A DNA stretch of 25,518 bases from positions 1-25,518 of the IMG/VR virus record IMGVR_UViG_3300045988_091615; one strand, written 5' to 3'. A program made the translations under genes and the position numbers. Each line of letters begins with the position of its first letter. Positions within the stretch are counted from its first letter, which is position 1. Positions 1 through 8,256 of this stretch are shown here, in pieces. Origin of the DNA: a virus (taxonomy: Duplodnaviria > Heunggongvirae > Uroviricota > Caudoviricetes). The notes under the pieces were generated by a model. That model did no database searches. It was not told the origin of the DNA and saw nothing but the letters and a program-made list of their open reading frames with translations.

Positions 1-1
1 C

Positions 2-118
2 GCCATGATTCGCCATATCACAAAGGCGGAGTTATCCCGCGTGGAGATAGTCGAGCTGCTCAGTCAGGAGTCGGAAAAATTTCACAATATCGGATTGTCT
101 CGCGGGGAGGTGCTTTGA
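2..118 (+). CDS. 3' end of an upstream early-operon gene (5'-partial; start lies outside the window)
   Basis: Frame 2 is open from the window edge and ends at TGA 116-118, overlapping the next ATG at 118 (TGATG coupling). The translation (...[38 protein letters not shown]) is protein-like, whereas frame 1 over the same bases is Gly/Arg/Ser-rich. Confidence 0.4.
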
Positions 119-420
119 TGTCCTGTTCTCATTCAGTTGTATTACTGAATAACGCCTTAAAAATCGCCGTTATGAAAAATGGCGATTTGTCTCTTATTCA
201 ACTTTGTCTTGATAAAGAAAAACGCGACATAACTGAATCTGTTATCGCGATTTATCAGAATGAATTAAACCTCCTGTCTGATGTGGTCAATTTACTTGTT
301 AAACGCGCTGTGTTCCACAAGCAAATTTCCTCAGTGGATGAACTGACAAAATTAACGACAGAACTCGCCAGTTATTGCGCTGATGTATCCAGGAAACTTA
401 ACGATAAAAGGAGCTGGTAA
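118..420 (+). CDS. Hypothetical early-operon protein (~100 aa), AT-rich relative to neighbours
   Basis: ATG at 118 preceded by GGGGAGG (104-110) at 7-nt spacing. The ORF track start at 115 is a TTG one codon upstream. Stop TAA 418-420 overlaps the next ATG at 420. No motif recognised. Confidence 0.6.
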   Translation: MSCSHSVVLLNNALKIAVMKNGDLSLIQLCLDKEKRDITESVIAIYQNELNLLSDVVNLLVKRAVFHKQISSVDELTKLTTELASYCADVSRKLNDKRSW

Positions 421-644
421 TGCCGGACAACGTAGATTTTATTCAGGAACAACAGGCTGAATTACTGGAGCGCCAGATTAACGCGGCAAGGGTAAAACAT
501 TGCGGTGCTTCTGCGCTGGTTTGCGAAGAGTGTGACGCGCCAATACCTGCTGCCCGTCGTGCGGCTTATCCGTCAGCCACGCGTTGTGTTTCCTGTCAGT
601 CAGTCTTTGAAGCAAAAAACAAACATTACCGGAGAATGGCATGA
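420..644 (+). CDS. TraR/DksA-family C4-type zinc-finger protein (small phage early protein)
   Basis: 74 aa with paired Cys motifs (CEECDAPIP ... CVSCQ) typical of phage TraR/DksA-like zinc fingers. Start overlaps the upstream stop (TAATG) and stop overlaps the downstream start (ATGA), indicating translational coupling. Confidence 0.75.
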   Translation: MPDNVDFIQEQQAELLERQINAARVKHCGASALVCEECDAPIPAARRAAYPSATRCVSCQSVFEAKNKHYRRMA

Positions 645-916
645 GCATTCGTATTGAAATTGGCGAACGTTATGTGGTTACCAGTGACAGCTTCCAGTTT
701 ATTCTCCACGAGAAAAAGAGAGCGGAAAGCGGTAAAAACGCCGGTCAGGAGTGGCTGGCGGTGGTTGGTTATTACCCGAAATTAAGCCAGCTCGTTTCCG
801 GCCTGATGCATCACGATATTCTGACCGGAAGCGCAAAGTCTTTTGCTGATTTAAACGCGCAGGTTGAGCAACTCAGCAAGCGTTGTTCAGAGGCTTTTGG
901 CTCATATGGCCGTTAA
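641..916 (+). CDS. Hypothetical early-operon protein (91 aa)
   Basis: ATG 641 overlaps the preceding stop. ORF ends TAA 914-916, overlapping the start of gene A. Same orientation and tight coupling as the flanking early genes. Confidence 0.6.
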   Translation: MSIRIEIGERYVVTSDSFQFILHEKKRAESGKNAGQEWLAVVGYYPKLSQLVSGLMHHDILTGSAKSFADLNAQVEQLSKRCSEAFGSYGR

Positions 917-3182
917 AGCCTCCGGGCGTTTTGTCCCTCCGTCAGCATTTGCCGCAGGCACCGGTAAGGCGTTTACCGGTGCTTATGCATGGAACGCGCC
1001 ACGCGAGGCTGTCGGGCGCGAAAGACCTCTTACACGTGACGAGATGCGTCAGGTGCAAGGTGTTTTATCCACGATTAACCGCCTGCCTTACTTTTTGCGC
1101 TCGCTGTTTACTTCACGCTATGACTACATCCGGCGCAATAAAAGCCCGGTGCACGGGTTTTATTTCCTCACATCCACTTTTCAGCGTCGTTTATGGCCGC
1201 GCATTGAGCGCGTGAATCAGCGCCATGAAATGAACACCGACGCGTCGTTACTGTTTCTGGCAGAGCGTGACCACTATGCGCGCCTGCCGGGAATGAATGA
1301 CAAGGAGCTGAAAAAATTTGCCGCCCGTATCTCATCGCAGCTTTTCATGATGTATGAGGAACTCTGCGATGCCTGGGTGGATGCCCATGGCGAAAAAGAA
1401 TCGCTGTTTACGGATGAGGCGCAGGCTCACCTGTATGGTCATGTTGCTGGCGCTGCACGTGCTTTCAATATTTCCCCGCTCTACTGGAAAAAATACCGTA
1501 AAGGACAGATGACCACGAGGCAGGCATATTCTGCCATTGCCCGCCTGTTTAACGATGAGTGGTGGACTCATCAGCTTAAAGGCCAGCGTATGCGCTGGCA
1601 TGAGGCGTTACTGATTGCTGTCGGGGAGGTCAATAAAGACCGTTCTCCTTATGCCAGTAAACATGCCATTCGTGATGTGCGTGCGCGCCGCCAGGCAAAT
1701 CTGGAATTTCTTAAATCGTGTGACCTTGAAAACAGGGAAACAGGCGAGCGCATCGACCTTATCAGTAAGGTGATGGGCAGTATTTCTAATCCTGAAATTC
1801 GCCGGATGGAGCTGATGAACACCATTGCCGGTATTGAGCGTTACGCCGCCGCAGAGGGTGATGTGGGGATGTTTATCACGCTTACCGCGCCGTCAAAGTA
1901 TCACCCGACACGTCAGGTCGGAAAAGGCGAAAGTAAAACCGTTCAGCTTAATCACGGCTGGAACGATGAGGCATTTAATCCAAAGGATGCGCAGCGTTAT
2001 CTCTGCCGTATCTGGAGCCTGATGCGCACGGCATTCAAGGATAATGATTTACAGGTCTACGGTTTGCGTGTCGTCGAGCCACACCACGACGGAACGCCGC
2101 ACTGGCATATGATGCTTTTTTGTAATCCGCGCCAGCGTAACCAGATTATCGAAATCATGCGTCGCTATGCGCTCAAAGAGGATGGCGACGAAAGAGGAGC
2201 CGCGCGAAACCGTTTTCAGGCAAAACACCTTAACCGGGGCGGTGCTGCGGGGTATATCGCGAAATACATCTCAAAAAACATCGACGGCTATGCACTGGAT
2301 GGTCAGTTCGATAACGATACCGGCAGGCCGCTTAAAGATACTGCCGCGGCTGTTACCGCATGGGCGTCAACGTGGCGCATTCCGCAATTTAAAACGGTTG
2401 GCCTGCCGACAATGGGGGCTTACCGTGAACTACGCAAATTGCCTCGTGGCGTCAGCATTGCTGATGAGTTTGACGAACGCGTCGAGGCTGCACGCGCCGC
2501 CGCAGACAGTGGTGATTTTGCGTTGTATATCAGCGCGCAGGGTGGGGCAAATGTCCCGCGCGATTGTCAGACTGTCAGGGTCGCCCGTAGCCCGTCGGAT
2601 GACGTTAACGAGTACGAGGAAGAAGTCGAGAGAGTGGTCGGCATTTACGCGCCGCATCTCGGCGCGCGTCATATTCATATCACCAGAACGACGGACTGGC
2701 GCATTGTGCCGAAAGTTCCGGTCGTTGAGCCTTTGACTTTAAAAAGCGGCATCGCCGCGCCTCGGAGTCCTGTCAATAACTGTGGAAAGCTCACCGGTGG
2801 TGATACTTCGTTACCGGCTCCCACGCCTTCTGAGCACGCCGCAGCAGTGCTTAATCTGGTTGATGACGGTGTTATCGAATGGTATGACCCGGAGGTCGTG
2901 AGGGCGCTCAGGGGCGCATTAAAACACGGCCTGAGAAGACCAAACCGTCAGCAAAGAAACGGAAGCCCGTTAAAACCGCATGAAATAGCGCCATCGGCCA
3001 GACTGACCCGGTCGGAAAGAATGCAAATTACCCGTATCCGCGTTGACCTTGCTCAGAACGGTATCAGGCCTCAGAGATGGGAGCTTGAGGCGCTGGCGCG
3101 TGGCGCGACTGTAAATTACGACGGTAAAAAATTCACGTATCCGGTCGCTGATGAGTGGCCGGGATTCACAATGGACCATTGA
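906..3182 (+). CDS. A: Rolling-circle replication initiation endonuclease, P2 gpA family
   Basis: Long ORF with the characteristic GpA motifs (HWHMMLF; AGYIAKYISKNIDGY with catalytic tyrosines). First ATG is at 906 with GAGG upstream; the ORF-track start at 864 is a TTG. From 906 the product is 758 aa, close to the ~761 aa I recall for P2 A. Confidence 0.9.
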   Translation: MAVKASGRFVPPSAFAAGTGKAFTGAYAWNAPREAVGRERPLTRDEMRQVQGVLSTINRLPYFLRSLFTSRYDYIRRNKSPVHGFYFLTSTFQRRLWPRIERVNQRHEMNTDASLLFLAERDHYARLPGMNDKELKKFAARISSQLFMMYEELCDAWVDAHGEKESLFTDEAQAHLYGHVAGAARAFNISPLYWKKYRKGQMTTRQAYSAIARLFNDEWWTHQLKGQRMRWHEALLIAVGEVNKDRSPYASKHAIRDVRARRQANLEFLKSCDLENRETGERIDLISKVMGSISNPEIRRMELMNTIAGIERYAAAEGDVGMFITLTAPSKYHPTRQVGKGESKTVQLNHGWNDEAFNPKDAQRYLCRIWSLMRTAFKDNDLQVYGLRVVEPHHDGTPHWHMMLFCNPRQRNQIIEIMRRYALKEDGDERGAARNRFQAKHLNRGGAAGYIAKYISKNIDGYALDGQFDNDTGRPLKDTAAAVTAWASTWRIPQFKTVGLPTMGAYRELRKLPRGVSIADEFDERVEAARAAADSGDFALYISAQGGANVPRDCQTVRVARSPSDDVNEYEEEVERVVGIYAPHLGARHIHITRTTDWRIVPKVPVVEPLTLKSGIAAPRSPVNNCGKLTGGDTSLPAPTPSEHAAAVLNLVDDGVIEWYDPEVVRALRGALKHGLRRPNRQQRNGSPLKPHEIAPSARLTRSERMQITRIRVDLAQNGIRPQRWELEALARGATVNYDGKKFTYPVADEWPGFTMDH

Positions 3183-3280
3183 TGATTAACATGAAAGAAT
3201 TACGGAGCTTGCTTATATCGTGTTATGTCAGTTTACTGGATACAGGGCAAGTGAATGCCCCTTTCCATGAATTAGATTAA
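3182..3280 (+). CDS. Micro-ORF (32 aa) translationally coupled to A; possible leader peptide or remnant at the cargo junction
   Basis: ATG 3182-3184 overlaps the A stop (TGATG). Translation MINMKELRSLLISCYVSLLDTGQVNAPFHELD, stop TAA 3278-3280, 11 nt before the cargo gene ATG. Below the ORF-track size cutoff; read by hand. Confidence 0.25.
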   Translation: MINMKELRSLLISCYVSLLDTGQVNAPFHELD

Positions 3281-3291
3281 AGGCTTGCAAA

Positions 3292-4623
3292 ATGAACAAT
3301 AACAGTAAGAAAACTTTGAGTAAGAAAAGAACCAAGAAAGCCAAAAAGAAGTCGCTTACCCCTGAACAAAAAGCATTGCAAGCAGAACAAGCAGCAAAAA
3401 AAGCGCAAATTATAGAGAATAGGCGCTCTATTACAGCTCATGCTATTAATCTTTTTCAGCAATATACAGCACTCCGTAAAAAAGGATTAGATAGTTCCAC
3501 TGCTACTTTGCAAGCTTATGCTGATTATGAAAAAGTACATGGACATAAATTCCTTAGTTCTGTCTCTATGTGGACAAAAATCAAAACTGAAGCAGGGATT
3601 CGGATCTATGATCTTGAGAGACAAGATAGCCGTAAATCGCTTAATCTTGCTAAGATTCCGACCCGTTTAGAGGCTAAGCGTAGTGTACTGACACAGAACC
3701 AAAAGAAAGTACATAACCAGAATGCAAATACATTACGCTTAATCGGTGGCAAAAAGCTACCTGTAACATCTATGGGGCTTATTGTATGCCCTGTCTGCGA
3801 GATACATATAAAAGATAGTGCTATAGAGTGGCATTTACGACACAACCACGTAGATCATGTAGATAACCCGTTTACTAACCCTATAGTAGCTCCTATTGAT
3901 ACCTTAGAAGAGACTGTAGAAATACGTGATCTACTAATTGGTGATAAAACACTTCCGATTAAATCTAGTACTATTAATATGGGGAGTTACAAGAAAGATA
4001 AACGTTATTTTAATAAGCAAGTTTATCAAACGGCATTGCTAACAATGACACAATCAGAAGCGTGGAAACTCGCGACTGATGAAGAATCTAGTATGACTTT
4101 TTTAAGCAATCAGTACATAAGTCCATTAACATCACCCGAACCCAATAATGAAATATCTCTTATCATGGATGGAACGGATATAGCCATTAATGAAAGTCTA
4201 ACTAATCCTTTCAAGGCCGCAAACGATACCTGTGCTACAGGACGAACAGTCGAGGTTACTCACAAAGTCCGTCATGCTGGAGATCAAGCTGATTTCAAAC
4301 GCCGTGTTTGGGATAACTTCAATGGCAGATGTGCTATTACTGGCTATCCATTGCCAGAGGGGATATTGGAAGCCGCACATATTGAAGCAATAACAGAATC
4401 AGCAAATAATAACACATCTAATGGCCTGTTACTTGAAGTAAGTTTACACCGAATGTTTGATAAAGGATTAATGGGGATTAATCCAGAGGACTTAACGGTT
4501 CATTTCTCTATTAATTGTATCCACAAAACTATGTTTGAGGGTAAAACTCTACAACCGCATCATGTAGAACTTGATGCTGGGAAGTTGATGACAAAATGGA
4601 AAAAGTTCCATGATAAGCGTTAA
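3292..4623 (+). CDS. Cargo protein with C-terminal HNH_2-type nuclease domain, internal C2H2-like zinc-finger motif and Lys-rich N-terminus (candidate defence effector)
   Basis: 443-aa ORF, ATG 3292 with AAGG 8 nt upstream, markedly AT-rich. C-terminus carries the HNH_2 signature GRCAITG...EAAHIEA...SNGLLLEVSLHRMFDKG. Mid-protein CPVCEIHIKDSAIEWHLRHNH resembles a C2H2 finger. N-terminal ~45 aa are highly basic (KKTLSKKRTKKAKKK...). Confidence 0.8.
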   Translation: MNNNSKKTLSKKRTKKAKKKSLTPEQKALQAEQAAKKAQIIENRRSITAHAINLFQQYTALRKKGLDSSTATLQAYADYEKVHGHKFLSSVSMWTKIKTEAGIRIYDLERQDSRKSLNLAKIPTRLEAKRSVLTQNQKKVHNQNANTLRLIGGKKLPVTSMGLIVCPVCEIHIKDSAIEWHLRHNHVDHVDNPFTNPIVAPIDTLEETVEIRDLLIGDKTLPIKSSTINMGSYKKDKRYFNKQVYQTALLTMTQSEAWKLATDEESSMTFLSNQYISPLTSPEPNNEISLIMDGTDIAINESLTNPFKAANDTCATGRTVEVTHKVRHAGDQADFKRRVWDNFNGRCAITGYPLPEGILEAAHIEAITESANNNTSNGLLLEVSLHRMFDKGLMGINPEDLTVHFSINCIHKTMFEGKTLQPHHVELDAGKLMTKWKKFHDKR

Positions 4624-4650
4624 CATGACTTCTTCTGGTGCAGAGAGGCG

Positions 4651-4679
4651 TTAGATTTAATTATGTATTATGATTTAAT
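4651..4679 (+). promoter_or_regulatory. Possible sigma70-like promoter for the second cargo gene
   Basis: TTAGAT (4651-4656), 17-nt spacer, TTTAAT (4674-4679) in the AT-rich 91-bp gap between the two cargo ORFs. Weak match, by eye only. Confidence 0.2.
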
Positions 4680-4714
4680 TTTGGGTGTGATTTGTTATAT
4701 GGGGAATAGATTAT

Positions 4715-5134
4715 ATGGTGACGCTTGATATGGTTTATTGGAAATTTGGTTATGCTTCGGAAGCAGCTCAATTACTGGAGACTGAGTTGATAAATGTTAT
4801 CACTGAGTATGATATGAGTCAGGGGAAAGATATACAGTCGCTGAAAAAACAGTTTTTAGAAATGGATAAATACACGCTGGGTAAATTGAATTACGCACTG
4901 AAGTCTAGGATGGTGGAGGATGCTGATACACTGGAGTATGTGTCAGATGCTCTTAAAGCCAGAAACTACTTGGCACATGATTTTTTTCGCGCTCATAATT
5001 TTGCCAAAGATACCCCAGCAGGACGGCAAAAAATGCTTGATGATTTACAAAAAACACACAACATTATTTTTGAGGCATACCGGAAAGTACTGCTAATTAG
5101 TGGCATCAAAATTCCACCTTTAGAAGATGATTAG
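4715..5134 (+). CDS. Small cargo protein (139 aa) with RNxxxH motif; possible HEPN-like RNase or partner/immunity protein
   Basis: ATG 4715 (alternative ATG at 4730), GGGGA 9 nt upstream, AT-rich, co-oriented with the HNH ORF. Contains KARNYLAHDFF, which fits the HEPN Rx4-6H (RNxxxH) signature. A short motif only. Confidence 0.65.
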   Translation: MVTLDMVYWKFGYASEAAQLLETELINVITEYDMSQGKDIQSLKKQFLEMDKYTLGKLNYALKSRMVEDADTLEYVSDALKARNYLAHDFFRAHNFAKDTPAGRQKMLDDLQKTHNIIFEAYRKVLLISGIKIPPLEDD

Positions 5135-5262
5135 CCGACGCCCGCAATAGTTGCATTATTCTGCATGGCTTTTAAGGGGCGGATCTACGTGACCACCGCC
5201 AGTACTGGTGCGTCTCCAGTGTGTTCATGCACCTGCATTAAAACCGACCCATGAAGCGGGCG

Positions 5263-5281
5263 GGCGAGGCGGGGAAAGCAC
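5263..5281. other. cos: cos site: 19-nt cohesive-end sequence GGCGAGGCGGGGAAAGCAC
   Basis: Exact match to the 19-nt P2 cohesive end as I remember it, at the expected position between the A-side cargo locus and the 3' end of Q. Flanked by an 11-bp inverted repeat (ACCACCGCCAG 5192-5202 / CTGGCGGTGGT 5288-5298) and a G+T-rich strand-biased stretch. Confidence 0.7.
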
Positions 5282-5420
5282 TGCGCGCTGGCGGTGGTGC
5301 TGATTTTATTTTTTCAGCGTCTGAGCGCGTCGTGATGGCGTTTAGATTGTGCGCCGGGGCGTTGGTGTGTCTGCGGGGTGTTTTGTGCGGTGGTGAGCGT
5401 GTGAGGGCGTGATGGCGGGT

Positions 5421-5444
5421 TGTAAAAAGCCGCCCGTAGGCGGC
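5421..5444 (-). terminator. Rho-independent terminator of the P-Q operon
   Basis: Minus-strand hairpin GCCGCC-TACG-GGCGGC (5429-5444) followed by TTTTTAC, immediately 3' of the Q stop. Confidence 0.6.
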
Positions 5445-5449
5445 GATGT

Positions 5450-6484
5450 TCAGCCGTTGTCAGTGTCCAGTGAGTAGTTTTTAAAGCGGATGACCTCCTG
5501 ACCGAGCCAGCCGTTTATCTCGCGGATCCTGTCCTGTAACGGGATAAGCTCATTGCGGACAAAGACCTTTGCCACTTTCTCAATATCACCCAGCGACCCG
5601 ACGTTCTCCGGCTTGCCGCCCATCAACTGAAAGGGGATGCGGTGCGCGTCCAGCAGGTCAGCGGCGCTGGCTTTTTTGATATTAAAAAAATCGTCCTTCG
5701 TTGCCACTTCACTGAGCGGGATAATTTTAATGCCGTCAGCTTTCCCCTGCGGGGCATAGAGAAACAGGTTTTTAAAGTTGTTGCGGCCTTTCGACTTCAC
5801 CATGTTTTCGCGGAGCATTTCGATATCGTTGCGATCCTGCACGGCATCGGTGACGTACATGATGTATCCGGCATGCGCGCCGTTTTCGTAATACTTGCGG
5901 CGGAACAGCGTGGCCGACTCATTCAGCCAGGCAGAGTTAAGGGCGCTGAGATATTCCGGCAGGCCGTACAGCTCCTGATTAATATCCGGCTCCAGCAGGT
6001 GAAACACGGAGCCGGGCGCGAAAGGTGTCGGCTCGTTGAAGGACGGCACCCACCAGTAAACATCCTCTTCCACACCACGGCGGGTATATTTTGCCGGTGA
6101 GGTTTCCAGTCTGATGACCTTACCGGTGGTGCTGTAACGCTTTTCCAGAAACGCATTACCGAACACCAGAAAATCCAGCACAAAGCGGCTGAAATCCTGC
6201 TGGGAAAGCCACGGATGCGGGATAAATGTCGAGGCCAGAATATTACGTTTGACGTAAATCGGTGAGCTGTGATGCACGGCAGCACGCAGGCTTTTTGCCA
6301 GACCGGTAAAGCTGACCGGTGGCTCATACCATCTGCCGTTACTGATGCATTCGACGTAATCCAGAATGTCACGGCGGTCGAGTACCGGCACCGGCTCACC
6401 AAAGGTGAATGCCTCCATTTTCGGGGCGCTGGTGGTCATTGTTTTTGCCGCAGGTTGCGGTGTTTTCCCTTTTTTCTTGCTCAT
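5450..6484 (-). CDS. Q: Portal protein, P2 gpQ family
   Basis: 344 aa, the same length I recall for P2 Q, and recognisable as P2 portal sequence. Its ATG overlaps the P stop by one base (ATGA). Confidence 0.9.
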   Translation of the reverse strand: MSKKKGKTPQPAAKTMTTSAPKMEAFTFGEPVPVLDRRDILDYVECISNGRWYEPPVSFTGLAKSLRAAVHHSSPIYVKRNILASTFIPHPWLSQQDFSRFVLDFLVFGNAFLEKRYSTTGKVIRLETSPAKYTRRGVEEDVYWWVPSFNEPTPFAPGSVFHLLEPDINQELYGLPEYLSALNSAWLNESATLFRRKYYENGAHAGYIMYVTDAVQDRNDIEMLRENMVKSKGRNNFKNLFLYAPQGKADGIKIIPLSEVATKDDFFNIKKASAADLLDAHRIPFQLMGGKPENVGSLGDIEKVAKVFVRNELIPLQDRIREINGWLGQEVIRFKNYSLDTDNG

Positions 6485-8256
6485 CAGTAAAACTCCAGAA
6501 TGGTGGATGTCAGCGGGGTGCTGATACCGGCGGTGAGTGGCTCATTTAACAGGGCGTGCATGGTCGCCCAGGCGAGGTCGGCATGGCTGGCTTCCTCGCT
6601 GCGGCTGGCCTCATAGGTGGCGCTGCGTCCGCTGCTGGTCATGGTCTTGCGGATAGCCATAAACGAGCTGGTGATGTCGGTGGCGCTGACGTCATATTCC
6701 AGACAGCCACGGCGAATAACGTCTTTTGCCTTGAGCACCATTGCGGTTTTCATTTCCGGCGTGTAGCGGATATCGCGCGCGGCGGGATAGAACGAGCGAA
6801 CGAGCTGGAACACGCCGACACCGAGGCCGGTGGCATCAATTCCGATGTATTCGACGTTGTATTTTTCGGTGAGTTTGCGGATGGATTCAGCCTGGGTGGC
6901 AAAGTCCATGCCTTTCCACTGGTGACGCTCAAGTATTCTGAATTTGCCACCGGCCACCACCGGCGGTGCCAGCACCACGCATCCGGCACTGTCGCCACGG
7001 TGTGACGGGTCGTAACCAATCCATACCGGACGTGAGCCGAACGGATTGGCGGCAAACGGCGCATAGTCTTCCCATTCTTCCAGCGTGTCGACCATGCAGC
7101 GTTGCAGATCCTCGAACGGGAACACCGACGCCTTGTCGTCAACAAATTCACACATGAACAGGTTTTTAAAATCGTCGGCGCTGTTTTCACGTTTGAGCTG
7201 CTCAATGTCGAACAGTGTGCAGCCACCTTTCAGGGCATCCTCAATGGTGACAATCTGCCGCCACTGGCCGTCCGCACAGAGAAGACCACCGGCAAGGGCG
7301 TTATGACTGACGTCGATTTCCACGCGTTCGGCGGCGCTGGCGCGTCCCCGGTTGAACAGTTCACCTGACCAGAACGGGTAGGCGTCGTGCGCCAGCGTGG
7401 ACGGGGTGGAGAAATAGGTCGAGCGCAGGTGACTCTGTGAGGCCATACCTGATGCTACCTTACGCAGTACCTGAAAATTCGGGATCCAGAAAATCTCGTC
7501 GACGTACAGGTCGCCGTTATGGCTCTGTGCGGTGTTGGAGTTGGTGCCGAGAAAAATCAGTTTTGCACCGTTATTGCCCAGGACAATCGGGTCACCGGTC
7601 AGGTCAACGTCAACCAGACGGGCAAAGGCGATGATGTATTCGCGGAACACATACGCCTGCGTTTTACTGGCCGACAGAAAAATCTGGTTATGGCCGGTTT
7701 TCAGGGCACGCAGCAGCGCCTCGCGGGAAAAATAAAACGTCGCGCCAATCTGGCGGGATTTCAGGATATCGCGGATGCGGTGCTCAAGCCCGGCGCGATA
7801 CCAGTGCAACTGATAGTCGAAAGACTGCTCAAAGAAAATCTGCTCCAGCTTTTCGATGGCCTCGTCACTGAAAAAATTCTTTTTCGGTTTGCGACGCCCG
7901 CCTTTGTTGCGGTTAGCGACGTTCGGATTAAGGTCTGCCTCGTTGCCGGTCTGACTGTAACGGTTTACCCGTGCCAGTCGTTCAATCTGGCGTCCCAGCA
8001 GGTCAATTTCCTTGAAGTCACCGCCGGTTTTCTGCGGTTTGATGATGAGCTGGGTCAGCCGCGCTTCCAGACTCATTTCGACACGGCTGATGGGGGCAAC
8101 GCTGTCCCAGCCGTCGCGCTGTTTCCAGCTCTGCACCGTCGGGCGTTTCATCTGCAACATGGCGGCAATCTGCGGCACGGAAAACCCCTGCCAGTACAGC
8201 AGCGCCGCCTGACGACGCGGGTCGTGTAAAAGAGTGGTGTCTGTGGTGATGGTCAT
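6484..8256 (-). CDS. P: Terminase large (ATPase) subunit, P2 gpP family
   Basis: Large minus-strand ORF. Likely start is the ATG ending at 8256 (MTITTDTTLL...), giving 590 aa; the ORF-track start at 8286 adds 10 residues. Position immediately upstream of Q and divergent from O as in P2. Confidence 0.9.
   Translation of the reverse strand: MTITTDTTLLHDPRRQAALLYWQGFSVPQIAAMLQMKRPTVQSWKQRDGWDSVAPISRVEMSLEARLTQLIIKPQKTGGDFKEIDLLGRQIERLARVNRYSQTGNEADLNPNVANRNKGGRRKPKKNFFSDEAIEKLEQIFFEQSFDYQLHWYRAGLEHRIRDILKSRQIGATFYFSREALLRALKTGHNQIFLSASKTQAYVFREYIIAFARLVDVDLTGDPIVLGNNGAKLIFLGTNSNTAQSHNGDLYVDEIFWIPNFQVLRKVASGMASQSHLRSTYFSTPSTLAHDAYPFWSGELFNRGRASAAERVEIDVSHNALAGGLLCADGQWRQIVTIEDALKGGCTLFDIEQLKRENSADDFKNLFMCEFVDDKASVFPFEDLQRCMVDTLEEWEDYAPFAANPFGSRPVWIGYDPSHRGDSAGCVVLAPPVVAGGKFRILERHQWKGMDFATQAESIRKLTEKYNVEYIGIDATGLGVGVFQLVRSFYPAARDIRYTPEMKTAMVLKAKDVIRRGCLEYDVSATDITSSFMAIRKTMTSSGRSATYEASRSEEASHADLAWATMHALLNEPLTAGISTPLTSTILEFY

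Noticed and set aside
864-905. ORF-track N-terminal extensions using TTG/GTG or upstream ATG starts (A at 864, P at 8286, O at 8364, L at 11196, X at 11696, lysC at 13341, V at 15546)
   Set aside because: In each case a downstream ATG with better RBS spacing gives a product whose length matches the P2 protein as I recall it, so the extension is most likely untranslated. Listed here under the gene A example.
883-1215. 110-aa plus-strand ORF in an alternative frame inside gene A
   Set aside because: Entirely nested within the strongly supported A reading frame in a GC-rich region where long spurious ORFs are common; its translation has no protein-like features.
3277-4380. Short minus-strand ORFs (3277-3462, 3606-3845, 4198-4380) antisense to the HNH cargo gene
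   Set aside because: Nested antisense to a well-supported 443-aa ORF with RBS and domain signature; their translations are Cys/Phe/Leu-rich low-complexity products of AT-rich antisense sequence.
5642-8229. Multiple ORFs of 65-236 aa nested in or antisense to Q and P (e.g. 5642-6100, 5923-6402, 6556-7005, 6750-7226, 7519-8229)
   Set aside because: All overlap the conserved portal and terminase genes in other frames or on the other strand; typical high-GC shadow ORFs with Arg/Gly/Ala-rich composition and no RBS context.
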